A stretch of DNA of 27,065 nucleotides, taken from NCBI GenBank assembly GCA_019309665.1, contig JAFDFV010000001.1, positions 1 to 27,065 on the forward strand. Reading direction: 5' to 3'. Shown piece after piece: positions 22,919-27,065 of the stretch. The notes beneath the pieces are model-generated. The model worked only from the letters and a program-made list of their open reading frames with translations, did no database searches and had not been told where the DNA came from. Origin of the DNA: Deltaproteobacteria bacterium (lineage in GTDB: Bacteria; Desulfobacterota; Desulfobacteria; Desulfobacterales; ETH-SRB1). Position numbers and translations under genes: made by a program. Position 1 is the stretch's first letter; every line of letters starts with the position of its first letter.

Positions 22919-24567
22919 AATTGAAAATTATTCCGTTGGGCGGGTTGGGAGAAATCGGCCTTAATATGATGGCCTTTGAATACGGGGATACTATTTTTGT
23001 TGTTGATGCAGGTCTTATGTTCCCTGAAGATTATATGCTTGGCATCGACTATGTAATACCGGATTTTAATTACCTGAAAGAAAACAAGTCCAAAGTTTCA
23101 GGAATTGTTTTAACCCATGCTCACGAAGATCATATCGGAGCCCTGCCCTATCTGCTTAAAGAAATAAATGCACCGGTCTTTGGAACTCGTTTCACGCTTG
23201 GAATAGTAAGGCACAAACTTGAAGAACATGGTCTTCTTTCATCAACTTCTCTCAATGAAATTTCTCATAGAAAAAAACTTAAAATAGGAATTTTTGAGCT
23301 TGAGTTTATTCGTGTAAGCCACAGCGTTGTGGATGGCATAGGCATTGCGGTTAAAACACCTTATGGGCTTATTGTGCACACAGGGGATTTTAAAATCAGC
23401 CATACGCCGGTGGATGGCGTAATGACCGATCTGAATAAGTTTGCCAGGTGTGGAGATGAAGGAGTTCTTGCGCTGCTGTCAGACTCCACAAATGTGGAAA
23501 AGGAAGGATATACTATATCCGACAAGGAAATAGGTGCAACACTGGCAAAAATAATTGAGGAAAGCAAAGGGCGTATCATTGTAGCTCTTTTTGCTTCAAA
23601 TGTCGCGAGAATACAGCAAATAGTTAATATTGCAAAGTCAAAAGGCAGTAAAGTGCTGATTAACGGCAGAAGTATAGAGGTTAGCACAACTATTGCGAAA
23701 GATCTTGGATACATCCATATCCCTGAAAAAATGGAAATTGATATTAAACATATTGATGACTTTAAAGACGATGAAATAATAATAATAACAACCGGCAGCC
23801 AGGGTGAACCCATGTCGGCCCTGGCCCGTATGTCCAGAGGCATCCATAAACAAATAAAAATCAAGGAAGGCGATACTGTCATCTTCTCATCAAAATTCAT
23901 TCCCGGAAACGAAAAAGCTATTTCAAGTATTATAAACAATCTTTACAGAAAAGGCGCTGACGTTATTTATGAAAAGATTTCGGCCATTCATGTATCAGGC
24001 CACGCTTTTCAAGAAGAATTAAAATTAATGATAAACCTTACCAAGCCTGAACATTTTATTCCGATACACGGTGAATACCGGCACCTGGTTCTACACTCTC
24101 GGCTTGCCGAACAAGTTGGCGTCGCAAAAAACAAAATACTTCTCGCTGAAAACGGCCATGTAATTGAATTTGATAAAAATGGAGGAAGAGTCCTTGACAA
24201 GATCATGACCGGCAGGGTGCTTATTGACGGGAAAGGAGTCGGTGATGTCGGGAGAAGTGTACTAAAAGAAAGACGTCTGCTGTCAAGAGATGGGTTTGTT
24301 GTAGTTAACATGGTTTTTGACGAAGAAACGGGAATAATTATGCATGGCCCGGAAATCGTTTCACATGGTTTTGTATTTGAGATGGAAAAAGGACATCTTC
24401 TCGAAGACGCAAAGTGCGTAATACTTGAAATTTTAGAAGAAACAGGCCCTGATGTCCCTGACAGAATTGATAAAATCAGATCTCAGATACAACCGGCTCT
24501 AAAGAAGTATTTTTATTTTACAATAGGACGCCGTCCGGTTATACTACCTTTTATTATAGAAGTATAA
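22915..24567 (+). CDS. rnj: Ribonuclease J
   Basis: IIPLGGLGEIGLNM, THAHEDHIG, HSVVD, HTGDFK, LLSDSTN, TGSQGEP, HVSGH and PIHGEYRH motifs. Confidence 0.97.
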   Translation: MKLKIIPLGGLGEIGLNMMAFEYGDTIFVVDAGLMFPEDYMLGIDYVIPDFNYLKENKSKVSGIVLTHAHEDHIGALPYLLKEINAPVFGTRFTLGIVRHKLEEHGLLSSTSLNEISHRKKLKIGIFELEFIRVSHSVVDGIGIAVKTPYGLIVHTGDFKISHTPVDGVMTDLNKFARCGDEGVLALLSDSTNVEKEGYTISDKEIGATLAKIIEESKGRIIVALFASNVARIQQIVNIAKSKGSKVLINGRSIEVSTTIAKDLGYIHIPEKMEIDIKHIDDFKDDEIIIITTGSQGEPMSALARMSRGIHKQIKIKEGDTVIFSSKFIPGNEKAISSIINNLYRKGADVIYEKISAIHVSGHAFQEELKLMINLTKPEHFIPIHGEYRHLVLHSRLAEQVGVAKNKILLAENGHVIEFDKNGGRVLDKIMTGRVLIDGKGVGDVGRSVLKERRLLSRDGFVVVNMVFDEETGIIMHGPEIVSHGFVFEMEKGHLLEDAKCVILEILEETGPDVPDRIDKIRSQIQPALKKYFYFTIGRRPVILPFIIEV

Positions 24568-24570
24568 AAG

Positions 24571-24918
24571 CAGGGATCAGGGGTCAGGGAAACGTCAAAG
24601 TCAGTGCTAAAGTGCTAATATTTAGAGTTTGTGGGGACCTCAAAATCCGAAATCCGAATATCGCCTGATTTTATAAAAATGGTCGAAACAATATCTAATT
24701 TCGAATATCAAATGACCAAAACATGTCAGGCACTTATGCAATATCTATGGCGCTCCAGCATGTTTGAAATTTTGAATTTTGGTCATTCGTATTTGTTTCG
24801 GATTTCGTGCTTTGTGCTTCGAATTTATAGAAAATCCCATAAGTAAACAATTCTCGTTAAATCATCAGGTTATCAGCTTAAATGACGTAGCCCTGGATCA
24901 GGGGTTAGGGGATAGAGC
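24571..24918. repeat. Heptamer-periodic imperfect inverted-repeat element between rnj and ftsK
   Basis: Core 24643-24826: left arm aaatccgaaatccgaatatcg...aatgaccaaaaca versus right arm tgtttgaaattttgaattttggtcatt...ttcggatttcgtgc...gaattt. Flanked by cagggat-caggggt-cagggaa (24571-24591) and a similar caggggt-tagggga run at 24899-24912. Confidence 0.75.
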
Positions 24919-24951
24919 TCAATATATAGTATTTTGTTTTTAAAAAAAAAT

Positions 24952-27065
24952 ATGCGCAAAGAAATTATCGGCATTTTCCTTTTTTTTCTATTAATTTTCA
25001 CACTGGGCAGTCTTTTGTCATACAGCCCTGAAGATCCCTCAATTCATAATGCAAAAGCGGCAGGTGATGTTTACAACCTGTTCGGCATATTTGGAGCCCA
25101 TGTTTCGGGTATTTTAATTGGGCTGTTTGGACTTGGGGCGTTCTGGATACCGATATTATTTCTTTTATCCAGCGCACATTTTTTTGGTGACTACCATGAA
25201 AAAGCTATTATTCTAATAATAGTTGGTGGAATTATTCTTATTATCTCTACCGGAAGCCTTCTTGCATTCCAGCAAAACCACTTCATAATTTTCGGAAGCA
25301 AATTTTCATCCGGCGGCATAATAGGCACCCCCATCAAATCATTCCTTATCAAATATACAAATCATACAGGCGGCGCTGTCATACTTATCCTTATGTGGCT
25401 TATGGGTTTTATCATGGCCACTGGTTTTTCTTTGATCATCTTTTTGAAACGATCCTGGAAGCTGATTATAAATGCAGTAAAAAGCACAAAAAAATTAATC
25501 GTAATATTGAAAGAGCGAAGAGAAAAAGCCAAAAACCGATCAAAAATAAAAAAAGAGTCTATCAAAAAAAAAGATCGCGAAATAAAGATAAGGGCAAAAG
25601 AGTCCAAACCGATCAGGGAAGGACCTGCTCCAAAACAGGATGTATTTGAGTTCATGAAAGCTGAAAAAGGGTTTCAACTCCCGTCTGTTAATCTGCTTGA
25701 AAATCCTGAAATAAGCTCTGCTTCTGCTGATGATAAAAATCTAAGAATGCAGTCAAAACTGCTTGAAAAAAAACTTGAAGACTTCTGCGTGCAAGGGAAA
25801 GTCGTAACCATATTGCCGGGCCCTGTTATTACGACCTTTGAATATGAGCCTGCCCCCGGGATAAAGATTAGCAAAATAGTCGGACTTACTGACGATCTTG
25901 CTCTCGCTCTTCGCTCGACAAGCATCAGGATTGTGGCACCGATCCCGGGGAAAGCGGCTATCGGTATTGAGCTGCCTAATGAGACAAGAGAAACAGTAAG
26001 ACTAAAAGATATTATTATTTCAAATAACTTTGAAAAATCAAAGTCAAAGCTTACAATCTGTCTTGGCAAAGATATAATAGGGAACGCGGTAGTAGCGGAA
26101 CTGGATAAAATGCCTCATCTTTTAATTGCAGGCGCAACCGGCACAGGCAAGAGTGTAGCTCTGAATGCCATGATTTGCAGTTTGTTGTTCAAAGCAGGCC
26201 CTGATGAAGTAAAGCTCATTATGATAGATCCGAAAAGGATTGAGCTTTCAAGCTATGATGGGATTCCACATCTTATTACTCCTGTGGTTACAGATGTAAA
26301 AAAAGCAACCAATGCTCTTTTCTGGGCTGTACATGAAATGGAAAATAGATATAAGTTGCTTTCAGAAAAGAAAGTGAAAAATATAAAACAATATAATCAA
26401 AAAACAGCTAAGGAAAAAACAAAAGAAGAAAATGGTCCTGAAAAACTACCATATATTGTTATAATTATTGATGAGCTGGCTGATTTGATGATGGTTGCTT
26501 CCAGAGACGTTGAGGTTGCATTGACACGGCTCGCGCAAATGGCAAGGGCTGCAGGCATACATCTGATACTTGCGACCCAAAGACCTTCAGTGGATGTACT
26601 TACAGGAATAATAAAGGCTAATTTCCCGACACGTCTTTCCTTCCAGGTTTCTTCCAAAACAGATTCAAGGACAATAATTGATACAAATGGAGCAGAAAAT
26701 CTTCTAGGAAATGGAGATATGCTTTTTTTGCCTCCGGGAACAGCCAAGCTTCAGCGCATACATGGTGCATACATTACAGAAAAAGAGATTGCCGGAATAA
26801 CTGAGTTTTTGAAAGAACAGGAAACCCCGGAATATGATCATGCAGTAATAACTGAATCTGAAAAAGAAAAAGCCTCATCTGAAGATCTTGAATATGACGA
26901 AAAATATGATGAAGCTATAGCGCTTATTACTAACACAGGTCAGGCCTCCATATCCATGATACAGCGCCATTTGCGCATAGGATATAACAGGGCCGCACGA
27001 ATTATAGAAATAATGGAGAAAGAGGGGGTTGTCGGCCCTTCAGATGGTGTAAAACCAAGAGAAGT
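24952..27065 (+). CDS. ftsK: DNA translocase FtsK/SpoIIIE with N-terminal 4TM domain (3' end just beyond the window)
   Basis: ATG 24952; TM N-terminus; PHLLIAGATGTGKS (Walker A), IIIDELADLMM (Walker B), ATQRPSVDV and gamma domain SISMIQRHLRIGYNRAARI. Absent from the ORF track because no stop lies in the window. Confidence 0.97.
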   Translation, partial: MRKEIIGIFLFFLLIFTLGSLLSYSPEDPSIHNAKAAGDVYNLFGIFGAHVSGILIGLFGLGAFWIPILFLLSSAHFFGDYHEKAIILIIVGGIILIISTGSLLAFQQNHFIIFGSKFSSGGIIGTPIKSFLIKYTNHTGGAVILILMWLMGFIMATGFSLIIFLKRSWKLIINAVKSTKKLIVILKERREKAKNRSKIKKESIKKKDREIKIRAKESKPIREGPAPKQDVFEFMKAEKGFQLPSVNLLENPEISSASADDKNLRMQSKLLEKKLEDFCVQGKVVTILPGPVITTFEYEPAPGIKISKIVGLTDDLALALRSTSIRIVAPIPGKAAIGIELPNETRETVRLKDIIISNNFEKSKSKLTICLGKDIIGNAVVAELDKMPHLLIAGATGTGKSVALNAMICSLLFKAGPDEVKLIMIDPKRIELSSYDGIPHLITPVVTDVKKATNALFWAVHEMENRYKLLSEKKVKNIKQYNQKTAKEKTKEENGPEKLPYIVIIIDELADLMMVASRDVEVALTRLAQMARAAGIHLILATQRPSVDVLTGIIKANFPTRLSFQVSSKTDSRTIIDTNGAENLLGNGDMLFLPPGTAKLQRIHGAYITEKEIAGITEFLKEQETPEYDHAVITESEKEKASSEDLEYDEKYDEAIALITNTGQASISMIQRHLRIGYNRAARIIEIMEKEGVVGPSDGVKPRE

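Noticed and set aside
24631-24846. 71-aa ORF in the rnj-ftsK spacer
   Set aside because: It coincides with the periodic inverted repeat, starts at GTG without an RBS, and is best explained as a by-product of the repeat.
23361-26747. Minus-strand ORFs opposite rnj and ftsK
   Set aside because: Antisense shadows of conserved housekeeping genes.
1-27065. CRISPR array, tRNA or rRNA genes
   Set aside because: No regularly spaced repeat-spacer units and no recognisable structural RNA sequences were seen.

Overview
This looks like a Desulfobacterota-type bacterial chromosome segment (taxonomy inferred from the housekeeping genes and the style of the intergenic repeats) in three parts. (1) 227-3792 is decayed accessory DNA: an internally deleted transposon remnant (DDE transposase/AAA ATPase fragments), a truncated DUF6765-like gene, a frameshifted Amidase_3 gene and a RAYT-transposase stub. 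(2) 4054-21359 is a minus-strand island dominated by an apparently intact contractile injection system (eCIS, AFP/PVC-like). It encodes a DUF4255 cap, a sheath, two tubes, a tail chaperone, a LysM tube initiator, a split VgrG, gp25, baseplate J, a gpI-like wedge, a fibre-base protein and PAAR; the upstream AAA ATPase is truncated. Unusual features are a complete -1 frameshift signal in the chaperone gene, a PASTA domain fused to the baseplate wedge, a HExxH-less DUF4157-like domain, and several membrane/secreted proteins around PAAR with no recognisable toxin or long fibre. These suggest an envelope-associated CIS (hypothesis). (3) 21661-27065 is plus-strand core genome (hypothetical gene, plsC-like, rnj, ftsK running off the edge) with 7-bp-periodic palindromic intergenic elements. 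All family assignments come from manual motif recognition; no database searches were run.
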